Assembly (NCBI GenBank): GCA_028534125.1
Contig: CM052817.1
Span: 8,806,001 to 8,870,000 of the forward strand
Length of the DNA: 64,000 bases
Direction: 5' to 3'
Source of the DNA: Lama glama
Taxonomy: Eukaryota
A program made the position numbers and the translations under genes. How positions within the stretch are numbered: the stretch's first letter is position 1; each line of letters opens with the position of its first letter. The notes under the pieces are model-generated. The model ran no database searches, was not told the origin of the DNA, and worked only from the letters and a program-made list of their open reading frames with translations. This document shows positions 26,561 to 39,659 of the stretch, piece by piece.

Positions 26561-27464
26561 ATATTCTGTACTCTGGGTTGTAGTTCAAGCATCTTCATTC
26601 AAAACAACAGCTTTGAAAGGTCTGCTACATCTGGTTCTTCAAATTCTGCCTCATCCAGGACCTCTGAATCAAAAAGTCTCCTAGTTCTTTCTTTCATAAA
26701 CTTGACCAAGATTTATTGACTTGAAGGATGGAGTGATCAAGTTTTTGAAATGACTTTGGAAAATTTTCTTAATAGTCATTGTTTTGGAGTGTGACTCCCT
26801 CAGACAATGAAAATAATTACAGTTATTTAAGAGAAAAAAAATCTCTTTTTTTTGTACCACATTTTAATTCTACACTATTTCCTAGGCATTATCTCACCCA
26901 TGTTTCATACTGTCCCTCCAAGATAGTTAATGTAAATATTATCATTCTCATAAACAGAAGTCAAAACTGAGGCTTTCTCATCCTTTAACTCAGTCAAAAT
27001 TCATTGGGTTAGGCATTGTATTGGGTGCTGTTATTAGATGAAGAGAGTAATAAGATGTGGGCTTAGCCTCCAAAAGCCAGGGTGAAGGGTAGGCAAATGA
27101 ATAGAAAGCATAACAGGGGATGATGGAAGAACCAGGGCCACAGTGAGAACTCACACTACAGATGAGTGGAATAAACAGGGTCTAATATAACTGACTTTGC
27201 TTCAAGACCAGAACAAAAGCTAAGATGAATAGGGGTAGCTCTGTTTGATATTCAGTAATTGTTGTCATGGAAGACAGATTAGATATTGTGTGTTCTGGTT
27301 AATCCAATATTCCACATAATTGTGAATTCTGCCTATATTAAATAACATATTAAAGTTTTGAGAAGTGAAAATAGAAAAAAATTTAATAAGCCACTCTTGG
27401 CTCTGGCCTTCAGAGATGTTGTTCGAAACATCAATTTGTATCATAATATAAAGTGGAAAGTCAG

Positions 27465-27710
27465 TAAGATGTGGTAATTGAAAGTCAAGGCTATGAAGTC
27501 ATGCTCCCTGTGTTAAAATCCTAGCTTTCTCACATGCCAAGAAAAATTGCGTAATTACTCTGTACCTTGGTTTCCTCATTTTTAATGGAGATATTGATGC
27601 AGTGATGCTGTGTACTTTATAGGATTCTTGTGAACGTGAAGAAGTTAATCAGCCCACAGCCTTTAGCAGGGTGACTGACACACAGCAGAAACTCGATAAT
27701 TTTATTACTG
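27465..27710 (+). mobile_element. MIR SINE
   Basis: aaatcctagct...ctctgtaccttggtttcctcatttttaatggagata. Confidence 0.65.
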
Positions 27711-30439
27711 CTAGAAGATGTAGCAGTTCAGGATGGAAAGGGGTTCTCTGAAGGGCCTAGAACAGAGTGGTCCCCAGATGCTGACCATTCTTCCTTAGAA
27801 CTTGCTTTGGTTCTGCTATTCCGAGGGTGAGGAAGAGTCCCAGGCCTGGGTTATTGTATTAGTAATACATAAGAGGAAAGCGTAAGATAAAAACAATGAA
27901 GCAATGTCTTCGATTCCTACCATCTTTCTTTCAAAAAATGCTCTCTGGTCCTAAGCCTGAGCATTTTCCCTCTGTAGTCTTACAGGTGAGAGCTCCACAG
28001 ACTCACATCTCAGATCAGATATGGTTTCCGAGGATGTCATTAAATTTTATCTTTTTAGGAATGGATAACCAAGTAGCCCACCAAAAAGTTTGGAAGACCT
28101 TTTTGGTCTCTTACCCATTTTGAAGAGTCAACTCATTCATATTAATAGCTCTCAGATATTAATCAGTAAGGCTGATTAATAGGCAAATTTAATGACCCAA
28201 GATGACAGCTAAAATCCAGGTATTTTTCAACTATATATTGCCTAAATGACTCATGTAAATCTTGGAAAAATCTTATTACTCCTTACTAATCACCCTTACC
28301 AAAATAAGTACTAATTTTAATGCTGTCCATATTACCCAACACTTCATAACAGCTAGAAGTGTAATGTCAACTTAAGGAACCCTTTCCCACACACTATGGT
28401 GCTTATCTCTGAGTACCCAACACCACAGAAACCTACTTGAGACCTAATTATTAAGCTAATGGCAATTAGAAATACTTGAGAATGTTTTTCAGTTTCAATT
28501 TATCTTTTAGAGGAAAAATGAATGTTACATTTATTTTCTAATTTAACTTTTCACATGAAATCCATTTGCAACTATTTTGTTCATTTTTTTTTAAATTTTG
28601 GTTTTGTTTGCAGATAGACAGCATTTTATTTACCAGCAAACAGATTATGGAACTTGGATTTTCAATCAGAATTATTTCCCTTGAAACCAAAAGTTAGAAG
28701 ATCACTGTTCCTTGATATTCATAGATTTATCAAGAATATACACATACACGTTTTCACTTCCTGATAAAATATTTATGAAGGGAAGAGATTCCCTTATCTA
28801 TCAAATTATATACTCTAATTCAGCAAATGCTTTATCTTCTGGAACATGAGTTTAATTGGCAAATATGGGCCTGGGTAATTCTCACAAGATTACTTCAGAT
28901 TAAGATCTCCGAGGTTTTGTTTTTATGTCAATCTCTGCAAGGAAAAAAAATCTGTTCTAATTTCCCCCAAAGTGTTTTGACTTTTTGCAAGCTGTATAAC
29001 AATGGTTTTATTCAAATTGATGCAAATTTGAAAAGCCCTTGACATTTTCCCTTAACCAGACATTTAAAAAAAAAAAATCCAAGTAGCAGGTGTTGACTTT
29101 TATGCAACCAGCCATCAAATGAGCTTCTTATTTTTCCTTTCTTAAGTTTCCAGCAAACTCTGAACACACTTTATAGTCTAGAGAAATAGGCCATTGATCC
29201 AGCAGCACATAAAACCAACTGAGTTTTTGCCCTGAAGTGGAGTGTTTGGCAGATGTTTCTGTGGCGAATTTGTGGAGCATTCTAAAACAGATTGTCGAGG
29301 ACATTTTGGAACAAGGACAACAGTAAATCAAATCTTTCCCTTTCTCTTTCTCTCCTGCCCACCTTCGTCTATTAACTGTGAACTAATGATTACTGAAACT
29401 TTTCTGCAAATACCGTGAGTGCCACGAGGACTCACATTCACTGAAAAACCTGTAAAACTCCAATCTTGTGTTTAGTAAGGTGGGAGGAGAAGAGAAGGGG
29501 GAAGTCCCACCAAGTTAAAAGTACATGGAATTCATTACTGCAAAGTTTCACTGTGTGAAGTTTATAGACTTGCGATTTGATGCCTGGTGCCTAAGCACCT
29601 GGATGTATTTTTTAAATTTGTTTTTGTTTTTATGGTGGTGGTGGTTTTGATTTTTTTCCCTAAATATTTTAAATCAAAGAGTTTAATTTGCCTTCTGCCT
29701 TGCCTCACAATTGAAGGTCAAAGTGTGAGCACCTTCTCATCCAATGTGATTTCCTTAAAAACTTCCAACAGCTTTTTTTTTTCGTCCTGGTTTTTAATGA
29801 TTTGTATAAAGGGAACACTCCGGTTTGAGGAGGTGACATTTGTTCTGGGTTGATATTTTGTGCCAGGGTATTCTTTTTCTCAGGCTTAGAAATCATGCCA
29901 TCCTCTTTAGAGTCCTTCCAAATCTCAACCTCCACGGTCCTGGCAGTGTTGTTTCCCCTTTTTCCTTTACGTTTCCAGTGAACCTTATTTATGCAGCTCT
30001 TTAACACGCCCATCACCTGGTACCATAATCACCTGGAGTCCGTCTTGGGCGATGGGCGAAAGTTTGGATTTGGTAGCAGACACACTCATTCTTACTTCAC
30101 AAGGATCACAACATCCCTGTGCAGTTGGTACTATTATTATCCACCCTTTACTTGTGTGGAGGGGTAAAGGTTGGAGAGTAATAAAAACACTAGCTTCATG
30201 GATGTTGTGAGAACTAATGAATATTCACCGTAAAACACCACATGTGGTAAGCATGTACGAACGGTCACTGTTGGCCAAGTTCCTGTTCATCTTCTCAGCT
30301 AACCAAAATCTCCTCCAGAATAGACACAGCATCTTGACTCTTCTACCCTTTTGAGCCCAGAAGGGCATTTGGGCATATAATTCACACCAGACAAATAGTT
30401 GTTGAGTGAACAAATCACTGACCTGAAATCTCACTCTCA

Positions 30440-31025
30440 CCTGCTTTCCTTAATTACTGCCTGGCTCAGGAACACAGACTATGTGTTTAATCTGCACACA
30501 CCCCATCTCCCTCACCTGGTGTTCTGTGCATCCTTCAAGACACATCACCTCCAGCTCAGCCTCCCTGAGGCTTTGATCCGCCATGACGGTTCTTACCTCT
30601 GGACTTCACAGTCCTTTGCCTACTGTCTTTGCTATTTTAGATCTATTTCTCTGTAAGAAAAAGCCATAGCATTCTCCTATTCAGAAGCTTTCAACAGGAA
30701 GATCCCCCTTGCCATGAGGATGGAGTCTGCACTCCTCACTGTGGGATGCTAGGTTTCCTCCATCCTCTGGCCAGCCACTGTCCATCTCTCTAGCTGCCTC
30801 ACCTGCTGTGACTGTTCATGATCTTCCAACACTCTTATAGTTAAAAAAGAAAAAAAAAACTTGAGTCACTTTTCTTCCCCTTTCCGTGGTGTTATACAGA
30901 ATTTTAATTGTTGACTTATTCCCCTCACTGACATGACAGTAAGAACTGATTTGTATGACTGGTGAAAACTCAGCACCTAACACGTAGTAAGGTATTAAGA
31001 GAAAAAGTCATCAAATAAACAATTT
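30440..31025 (+). mobile_element. L2 fragments
   Basis: catccttcaagacacatcacctcc...cagcacctaacacgtagtaagg. Confidence 0.45.
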
Positions 31026-31804
31026 GAATATCCTTGGAATGTCATTTCCTGTTCACAGAATGCCAACCTATCCTGTGGCTTCTAAAATAAGTGTTAATGT
31101 CTAAAAATCTGCTCAGCCTTTATCTTCATTGCCAAGCTCTCATGACAACACCCAGAGGCAATGGCTCATGCTCTCATTCTGCACATTCCTTTTCAATTTC
31201 ATGTTTTTCCCTGAATTGGTTTGTGTTTACATGTGTGTCTTGCTCCTTCTAGGATGTGAGATCCTGGTGGGCAGTGACAGTTTCAAATACCCTTTGTGGT
31301 CCTACACCTACAAGAGGAATGATACATTGGAGGTGCTCAGCCAGTGTGCTGAATCATTGCTTTGATTTCCAAATAGTAGCAGGTTTCCCATTCATCCAGC
31401 AAACCAATCTCCAGCAATTCCTGAGCACTGTAAAGGGTAATTTGATTGTCTTTTAGACTCAGGCTATTATGAAGCAGTTCACGAAAATGTGCTGATTAAC
31501 AAGCCATCAAACTGGAAGAAATTGCTATTGGTAACACTCTCGTTAGGGAGTGGATTTTATAGCCTGGTGGCTTAGAGGACATGTGCCTGGAATACCTGAG
31601 TGAGATAGAGAGAGGCTTTAAAAGTGTAGATGATGGAACGACAAGCATGAGGAATGTGCTCAGTGTTGTTCTGAAAAACACAAGTATGGATGGGAATTGA
31701 GCAGAACCCACATCACTTTAAGATACTAGCAGCACGGTTTGGGGCTGAAAAACTATTACGTGGGGAGAAGCATGCATGGAAAACCTCCTGGGACTGAGGA
31801 GTAA

Positions 31805-32180
31805 GGCAGTGTGCGTGGTGGAAGGAACCCTGAACCGGGCGTGGCACTGACAGGCTGTGTCACCTTGGGCAAGTGTGACGACCTCTCTGGGCTCTAGTTA
31901 ATTTATGTGGCATAAGGCATTAGAACAGTCAGCAGTTTAAAAATATTTATTTAGACAAAAACCATATATGGAATCCAGCATATGAAATGGTTAAAACTGG
32001 TATTGTTCTGGTAGATTCTGGGGCCTGGAAACCCTGCTAAACCTGCTTTCCTCTTCCCGACACCACTCAGAAATGGCCCCTGAAGCACCTTTAAGGAAAC
32101 TAAGGGCACTTAGGAGCACAGCTTGCAAGCCATTGGTCTACATTGTGTCAAGGTCACATGTACACCTAACATTCTAAAAC
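31805..32180 (+). mobile_element. MIR with a hAT-Charlie MITE inserted (about 31930-32136)
   Basis: ctgtgtcaccttgggcaagt; MITE end cccctgaagcacct...ggagcacagcttgcaagccattg. Confidence 0.5.
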
Positions 32181-32454
32181 TTTGTGGTTCTATAAATTAA
32201 TGTCATATTTCTATAAAAACTATTTTAACAGTAAAATAATTACACACACATATGTACACATGCATACAAAATTTCTCATGATTTATGAAATTATGCACAT
32301 GCATTACTGCCTGCAGCTCCAAGGTGGAAGGTACAGTAGGGTTTTATATCCTCATTTAACAAAAGAAGGTGTAGCAATGGGTTGGTATTAAATAAGAAGA
32401 TGGCTATTCTGGGTGGTGGTCTGGCTTCTGATAGGCATTAGGTGGACGGCAACT

Positions 32455-33065
32455 TTTGAGAACTGCATACTTTTGAGGACCTAAATTATACTGGGAATGG
32501 AAATACAATAAAAGAAAAGAAGAGTCCCTGATACTGCAATACTTGTGATGTAATTAGATATATATGCACATAGTCACATTTCAACATGACAGTTGTTTTA
32601 AGATACAGTTCAGCCAAGGATGCCACAGAGAAATAAGAGGAGCACATAGTAAAACGTGGGTGCAAGGAATTGCTTTTTGGGGGAGATGCTCCCTGGCTTC
32701 AGTGTAAGAGAAGAAAAAAAAAAGCTTTAAGAAGAGGAAACGCTGTGAAGAAAGACACCAAGTGTAAAATCACATGAGAGTGTCATGTGAGAGAGAAAGA
32801 CAGGCAGAAGTGGAGTCCACAGTGGGAGACAGAGACCAGATGTCAGAGTCCAAGGTGTCATGCTAAGAAGCTGCACATTAAAGCTGATGAGAGGATTTTA
32901 ACTAGAAAGTGAAAATGTCAGGTTTTTTAATTTTAGAAAGGCTACCTTGTCTTTCATGTGCAGAAGGGGGTAGAGTTGGAAAAAACTGGAGGTGAGGAGA
33001 CAAAATTGGGAAGTGACTGCAATTATGCAAGAGTGAGATGATAAGGAAGGAGTTTAAAGTGATGA
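32455..33065 (-). mobile_element. L2 fragment
   Basis: catgctaagaagct...ttttagaaaggctaccttg...gactgcaattatgcaagagtgagatgat. Confidence 0.6.
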
Positions 33066-33319
33066 TTGTTACTTCAAAGAAACTAACAAAACAACGTGCA
33101 AAACCTCTTACTAATGACTCAGAGAAGGGAAAGAGTCTTGACCATTTGTTTTTCTTTCATAATTATTCCGTATTTCCTTGTGTGGGGGCCCCTGCTTCTC
33201 TCTTCAGCATCTCCCACCTTAGCTCATCCCATCACTGTATCCCCAAAAGAAGCATGAAAATATCTTTACATTTAGGTAGGAATTTAAGTGATCTGAGGAT
33301 GAGAGAGTCTTAAGAACCC

Positions 33320-34170
33320 TAGGGAAAATCACAAAGGAGACTTAAAAGGATTTGAATAAATGCATATTTTAAATGTCAAAGGTGCCATGTGCAAAATTAA
33401 AATGAAACAACCTCATAAAGAATTTGCCATAAAAGTGCAAAAAGAAAATACCAGTAGTGTCCAAATAGCTCATACAAATCAATTAGAAAAGCACTTAACC
33501 TCAAGAAGATCAATGGCCAAAGAACTTGGACAGAACATTACAGAAGAAGACAAAATAGCTAATAAACATAAGGATAATATGCAGCCCTACCAGTGTAACA
33601 GAAATGAAAACTGAAGAAACGAGAAAAAATGTTCCCATATCAAATTATCATAGCTGTTTTAAAAGCTTATGGCTCCATACTGCTGTTGATGGAGACAGGA
33701 CCAAGAACACATCCACAGTGGGCTCAGGGAGTGGGGGAAGGGTGTTTGTGCAATAGTTCTGGAAAGTAATTTTATATATATATACATACACACATACACA
33801 TATATATATATTTATATGGAGAGGGTGGGGGAGAGTTTCAAAACAGTTATAACCTTTGGGCTGTTAGTTTCATTAATACGAATCTGCCTAAAGAAATATT
33901 AAAGATGCAGTAAATACTTATTCACAACAATGTAAAGTCCAGCACCTTTTACAGTGGCCAAAATATGAAGCATTCAAAATATCTAGCAATAGAAGTTTGT
34001 GTAAAGGAATAATGACTTAGTGACACAAGGACCACTATGCAGTTTTTTAAAACTTTAGCTTTTGAATACTTTTATCAAGAAAAGTGTCCTGCTGTGGTGG
34101 CAAAGGGGAAAAATAACACACAGATGTATATATGCTACCAGTCCTAATTATGTCTACCTTAGTGTGTGTT
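33320..34170 (+). mobile_element. Old L1 (L1ME-like) ORF2 end and 3'UTR
   Basis: aatggccaaagaacttggacagaacattacagaagaagacaaaatagctaataaacata. Confidence 0.6.
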
Positions 34171-35354
34171 TACAAACATGTATAAATGACGGTACATTTT
34201 TGTAGATATGTGAACCCCAGTATCACATCGCACATGAATGCACAGTGTTGCTGAAGAACGACCTAGGATTATGTGTTTTGCAAAGCTTATCAAACCTAGC
34301 TGACATTTCTAATTTCACATTACAAATGTTTGCTATTGTCTACTTACTGTGCAAGGCAGCAACTTTTGAAAAGTGATGACTTTACTTCTTTAAAAAGAGA
34401 TCATCACCCTGTGAGATAGATAAAAGCATTTAATGAAACTTAAACAAGTACTTAAATTTGTTATAAGAATTATGTGAAATACATGACTTTTGGCAGAAGA
34501 GTGATTGTGAAAAACCCCAGGAAACTTTCTTCACCAATTTGCTATCTACCGAGTATGCATATTAAATAAACTGGAATAAAAACACTAAAATGTTAATGGG
34601 GTGATATATGGGTTGGCAGAGAGAATCTCCTTTTACTTTTATGATTTTGAATTTCCTCTGAGCATGCAGTGCCTGGAAAACAAGAAAAGACTATAATGCT
34701 GAAGTTACTAAAGTCACACTCTGCTGACCTGTTCACACCTCCAGAACTTCTCAAAGTAGACGAGGGAAAACAGGGACATGCAATCTGGCTCACACCATGG
34801 TTTGGCTTTACTATCTAGGCTGTGCCATTAGAAAGCTTGGGAGAGATTTCATTTTCAAACAGAATGAACTCAGCAAGCAATTTTCCCTCTCATTAAAAAC
34901 TTCCTGCTCCTGTTACCACTTTCCCCAGTGCCTCCCAAACCCAGATGACTTCCTATCCAAACTCTCAACACTGACTCCAGCCACGCCATGTCCAGAAGCC
35001 CATCACCTCCTTCAGCTCTCCTGTCTCACAGCAGGGGCTCTTTAATTGAACGGCTCCCAGCGCTTGGTATCTCTCTCTGCAGACCTTGATTATGTGGCAC
35101 CTCGTGAATAATCCCTTGCCAGAATGTCCTCCCTGCAGTCCCCCTGGCCAGGCCTCTGGTGTGACTCGACCCTTTCCCACAGCAAGTCTGCAAAAGTTTC
35201 AAACTTGCAGGCAGTAATCCTTCAGCCAGGGTGAACTGAGGACATCCCTAAGGCCAGGATGACTTGTAGAGAGAAGAAAAACACCCTCTCCATAGAGATC
35301 AGCGAATTATCTCCCCTGGAAAAGAAAAAATAATGAAGGGGAAAAGCATCCATG

Positions 35355-35575
35355 AATTAATACTGGTTCAAAGCCTACTATGTGCCAGTTACTAACTGTT
35401 GTGACTTTCCTAAAAAGGAAGCTCTAACTGACTATCCCAAGAATGGAATTGATACAATTAGACCCCTGCTTTATCAGTTAGAAAACTGAGGTGCAGAGAG
35501 TTTAAATAGCTTAGGTGAGGTCATAGAATCAGGAGTTGCAGCCAGGTCTCCTGACTGTAAATGCATGGTTTGCTC
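35355..35575 (-). mobile_element. MIR SINE
   Basis: gcctactatgtgccag...aaaactgaggtgcagagagtttaaatagctt. Confidence 0.6.
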
Positions 35576-36227
35576 CAGATAGTACAGTTCTGGAGGCAGA
35601 AAGCAAGACCCTGAGTTAATGGAACGCAGAGTTAGACTTGGTGAAAAGGAACAAAAGACTCTCCAGGAAGGACAGCTAATGGTCCTTTGTACCAGATGAT
35701 AAAAGAGATATGGGGATAGGAGAAAGAGTCAGGAAAACCCACGTGAACAGTTAGGCTGATGGATCACTGGGCTGGACATCACAGGACTGATCCTCTTTTG
35801 CTCCCAGTGAGCCCAATTGGAAGAGTTCCTTCACATGGGTCCCGGTCTGTCCCAGTGTCCTGCTACAAAGGTACAGCTTTGCTTCATTACTCTACTTGAT
35901 TTCATAACATGCTATTGAGTGGTGCTCTTTCTGTAACTAAAAAACCTGTAGGCTGTTATATGTTCCAAATACATCCAGGATCTGACTCCATTTCATTATC
36001 TCATTGCTGTCACTTGGATGCAAACCACCATCATTTGCCTGGATGGTCATGATAGTTCTTAAGTCTTACCTCTTTTTAACCTTACTTCCTTACACCCCAT
36101 TCTTACCAGAAACCAAGTGCTCTTTTATTTTAGGAAGGTCCAGATCAGATTATGCAGTTCTTCTGCAATGTCTTTGCACTATTTTATCAGCGTAGAAAGT
36201 TCTTCAGTGCCTTAGGAGGCCCTGTTT

Positions 36228-36418
36228 CAGCAGTTGGCAAACTCTCCGTAAAGGACCAAAGAGTAAATAATTTAGACCCTGTGGCCCATACCACAGGGTC
36301 TCTGCCACAGCTACTCAACTCTACCATTGTAGTGTGGCTGTGTTTCCATCAGACTTTATTTGCAAAGGCAGGTGGTAGTCCAGATTTGGCCCTTGGCACC
36401 ATAGTTTGCTGATCATCT
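36228..36418 (+). mobile_element. MER58A-like hAT-Charlie MITE with internal deletion
   Basis: cagcagttggcaaact...gtaaagg...ctactcaactctaccattgtag...gatttggccc...tagtttgctga. Confidence 0.85.
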
Positions 36419-38029
36419 TAGAAGTAATCAATAAATAATGCAAAAGCCTAGTTCTTGGCACCAGTGTTGATGAAAGAGGGTCCTGGAGGAAGGGATGGAA
36501 ACCCCATGTGTAAGAGTCAATGATGCACAGCAGAAGGGACATTCATGCTTGAGCCAGAGTGGAGGAAGAAAAGATGTCTAGAGAGGAAGGTGGTTGCATA
36601 CTTCAGTGTGTGGGGAGTGGGAGAGGATGAGAATGAAGTTATTCATGTCTGAAGGCTTTATAATCTCAACGAACTATAGGGGGAGGACTATTTTACATGG
36701 TTGGAGGTGGTTATTAACTGAGTCATGATTCAAGAAAATGATGATAATTTGGAAGAGCTTCTGGAAGTGAAACTAAACCATGAACAAGCAAAATTATCAA
36801 GAATGATTTAGCAAAATGGTGACAGGACTGTCTGCTGGGCTGGAGTACAATGATCACTGCCATTTTCTCCATCATGCTCTCTGATATTCTTAGTGTTTCT
36901 TTCAATTGCCTAATTTTAAGAAGAAGAAGAAGAAATATGGAGAAAATGCAGATTTGGGATGCTGCTGCGTAGCTGTGGCAGAAGGCAAGGGTGCCATGGA
37001 GGTGGGGTTGCTAATAAAATTTTTGAAAAGAACAATTTAGATGATCAAAAACAAAGTCCAGCTTGTTCAGGGAACTCCTGAAGCCTTACAGTCTGAACAA
37101 GATAGAGAGATAAAAGGGTCAAAGAACTATTTGTGTTAATGAACAGAAGTGGTGGGTTTAAAGAAAGTGAGAAATGTGTAAGTCATGGAGGCTGAGCAAA
37201 ATTCTTTTACTAATAGAGTTCAAGATTCTAGAGATGGAACAGCTCTGGGTCTTAACATAGTTTGAGGTGTAATCATAAGAGTGACTCTTGGAAAGGAAGC
37301 TGAAGCTGAATTTCACGTAAGCTGAAAAGATCAAATTATTCGAATTCTAGAGTGTTTTGATGGAAATCACATAGAATGACAGGCAATTAGAAGAAAGGAA
37401 AGGATATTATAATGTGCTGTTTATCCTGATAAAACCCTCAACTCTTGGATTGCAGGTGATACAATCTAACAGCACTGGGCACATGAAAAGTTTCTTAACA
37501 AAATGCCAAATGGGTGCAGGGGATCTCTTCTCCTCTTCCCAGCTTCTCAAGGGTAATAGAGTTGAATGAAATAGATTTCTAATAAATGCTGAGGGTGAGT
37601 GGTGGAAGAGCTGTGAGAGTAGGTGACTCAAAACAAGCAAAAACAAACAAACAAACAAACAAAAATAAACCCCAAAAGACTTCAGGATAACACACAGGGG
37701 CAAAGATACCCCTGGACAGAAGTTTGCTCATTTCTGGATAAGTGCTAAGGAAAGCTTTTTCTGCATCTTTCAGCTCCTGGCTACCCATGTTCTAGTGGGG
37801 TTCTTAGTCCAATACCCCAGACAGAAGTTTCCAGAGAAGAGTGTGCAATGGAGACTTCTGGAGAGGACTGCCCCTTTCCAGTACAAATAAACGTCCCAGA
37901 AAGAGATCCTGTGTAGATCTGAGGAAGAACAATCATCTATTTCAACCCATATTAAATGCATTTTAAATGCCCAAGCATAAATTATTTAACCTACCCTCAT
38001 TTTGAAGATATGAAAACTGAGAGCCCTGG

Positions 38030-38240
38030 CTGTGTAATCAAACAAGATGTGAGTTGCAGCTCTGACACTTAGTGGCTATGACACACCGTGGCCAAGGCAC
38101 TTTCTTTTCCCAACCTCAGTTTCCTCATCTGCAAACCTCACAGCTGTGTTGAGAATTAAGTGAGATAAAGCACAGCTCAGGACATATTTACAACGTCTGT
38201 TATTAGCAATATGTCAATATCAATATGTCATTAATACTAC
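38030..38240 (+). mobile_element. MIR SINE
   Basis: cctcagtttcctcatctgcaaa...gagaattaagtgagataa. Confidence 0.65.
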
Positions 38241-39214
38241 TATCCTTGTCTAAGACTCCACAGGCTGCTAATTGCACATCGAGGTAGGGAGTTAGACCCT
38301 TTATATTCAGGATAGCCACCTCTCCAATCTCTGAAAAACTGGAAAATTTTATCTCTGGAATTCCAATGATTGTACAGTGTTACGCACTTTGTCCATGATA
38401 GGTCATAGAGGCAAAACAAGTTCAATCTGATGTTAGAGCCTAAACTCATTCCACTGCATAATTCTTCCTCCCCAAGTAAAAATAAAAAGATCGGTTGCTT
38501 AAGGGATTTGTTAACACGCTCTGGTTTCTGATTCTGTCTGATCAGCAAGCATATGTGATAGTTTCATCTCCCTACATATGTGTTCAGCGTACCAGTTATT
38601 TCAATATCCAAAGCCTCATTTAAGAAGAACTGTTCGTAAGTTATGAGGTAGTAAAATAATAGCTCCACGGCCACCAGCACCAGTCTCTGCTGCATGCGGC
38701 TCCATGAACACTCCGGCGTAAACACCGTTATTACAGCAAAGCTCTGTTGCATTCATGTTCCTTTGACAAAACAAGTGTTCTGTTTTCTGTGCTGTCCTTT
38801 TCAGGCTGATGTCACAGTTTTTAAGAACTCATTTAATAGTTGATGCCAATCGAGCTTTCTGTCTATTTCCATGGAATAGGTAGCATCAGAAATACATTAC
38901 ATCACAGTATGATCGATGTCCAGGGATTTATTTATTTTTCTCCCATCTTATACTAAAGGAACTGGGAACAAAGCAGAGGGAAAGAGGAGGGGCCCTCTGT
39001 CAGAATTAGAAATCTGTCAACCCATCTCAAATACGGCTATCACTTTGGCTTTAGGGGAAAGCATTATTACTTGGCTCTGAGGGTTCATCTCAGTGGAGGT
39101 AAAATAGATTATAAGTTGACAAATAGAATTTCCCAGAATAAACATGTGCCTGTTATAGCCTGTGTCCTACTAGCTTAACATCAAAATCTCCAGTTAATGG
39201 GGAATAATTTCACA

Positions 39215-39405
39215 GCTCCTGGAGAGAGCTGTGTGACCTTGGCCAGTCTCTTAAAGTTTATGAATATTAATTTTCATATGTATAAAATATGGTTTATCAT
39301 ATCTATTTGGAAATATCATAAGGGTATTTAATGATAGAATGTACTGAAAAGTGTCTAGCAGCGTGTTTAAGACCTGATAGCCATTTTTAAAAATGTTAAT
39401 TTCTT
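39215..39405 (+). mobile_element. MIR SINE
   Basis: gctgtgtgaccttggccagtctcttaa...tgtataaaat. Confidence 0.65.
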
Positions 39406-39659
39406 AGCAAGAAGTGCAGAGTAACCCACCCAGCAGTCTTCCTGCTTCTACAGAGATTCAGGGCCTGGCAGAGCCCAGCATCTTTTTACTGGTCCCCATG
39501 GAAATGCAATATACCAATAAGCTTCCCTATCCGGAAAGTGAGGGCAATTATCTCTGCTCTGAGATGCTCATGGGGTCAATATGTGAGAATCAATATCAGG
39601 TGTGAATATGCATTGAAGATTGTGAGGCACTACACTTTAAATGTAGTTAATTGTATTAC

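Noticed and set aside
29200..29217. CAGCAGCACATAA resembling the miR-15/497 5' end
   Set aside because: The 3' half diverges and no hairpin partner is visible.
38644..38664. TGAGGTAGTAA, identical to the 5' end of miR-98 (let-7 family)
   Set aside because: The match ends after 11 nt and there is no complementary arm for a pre-miRNA hairpin; most likely chance.
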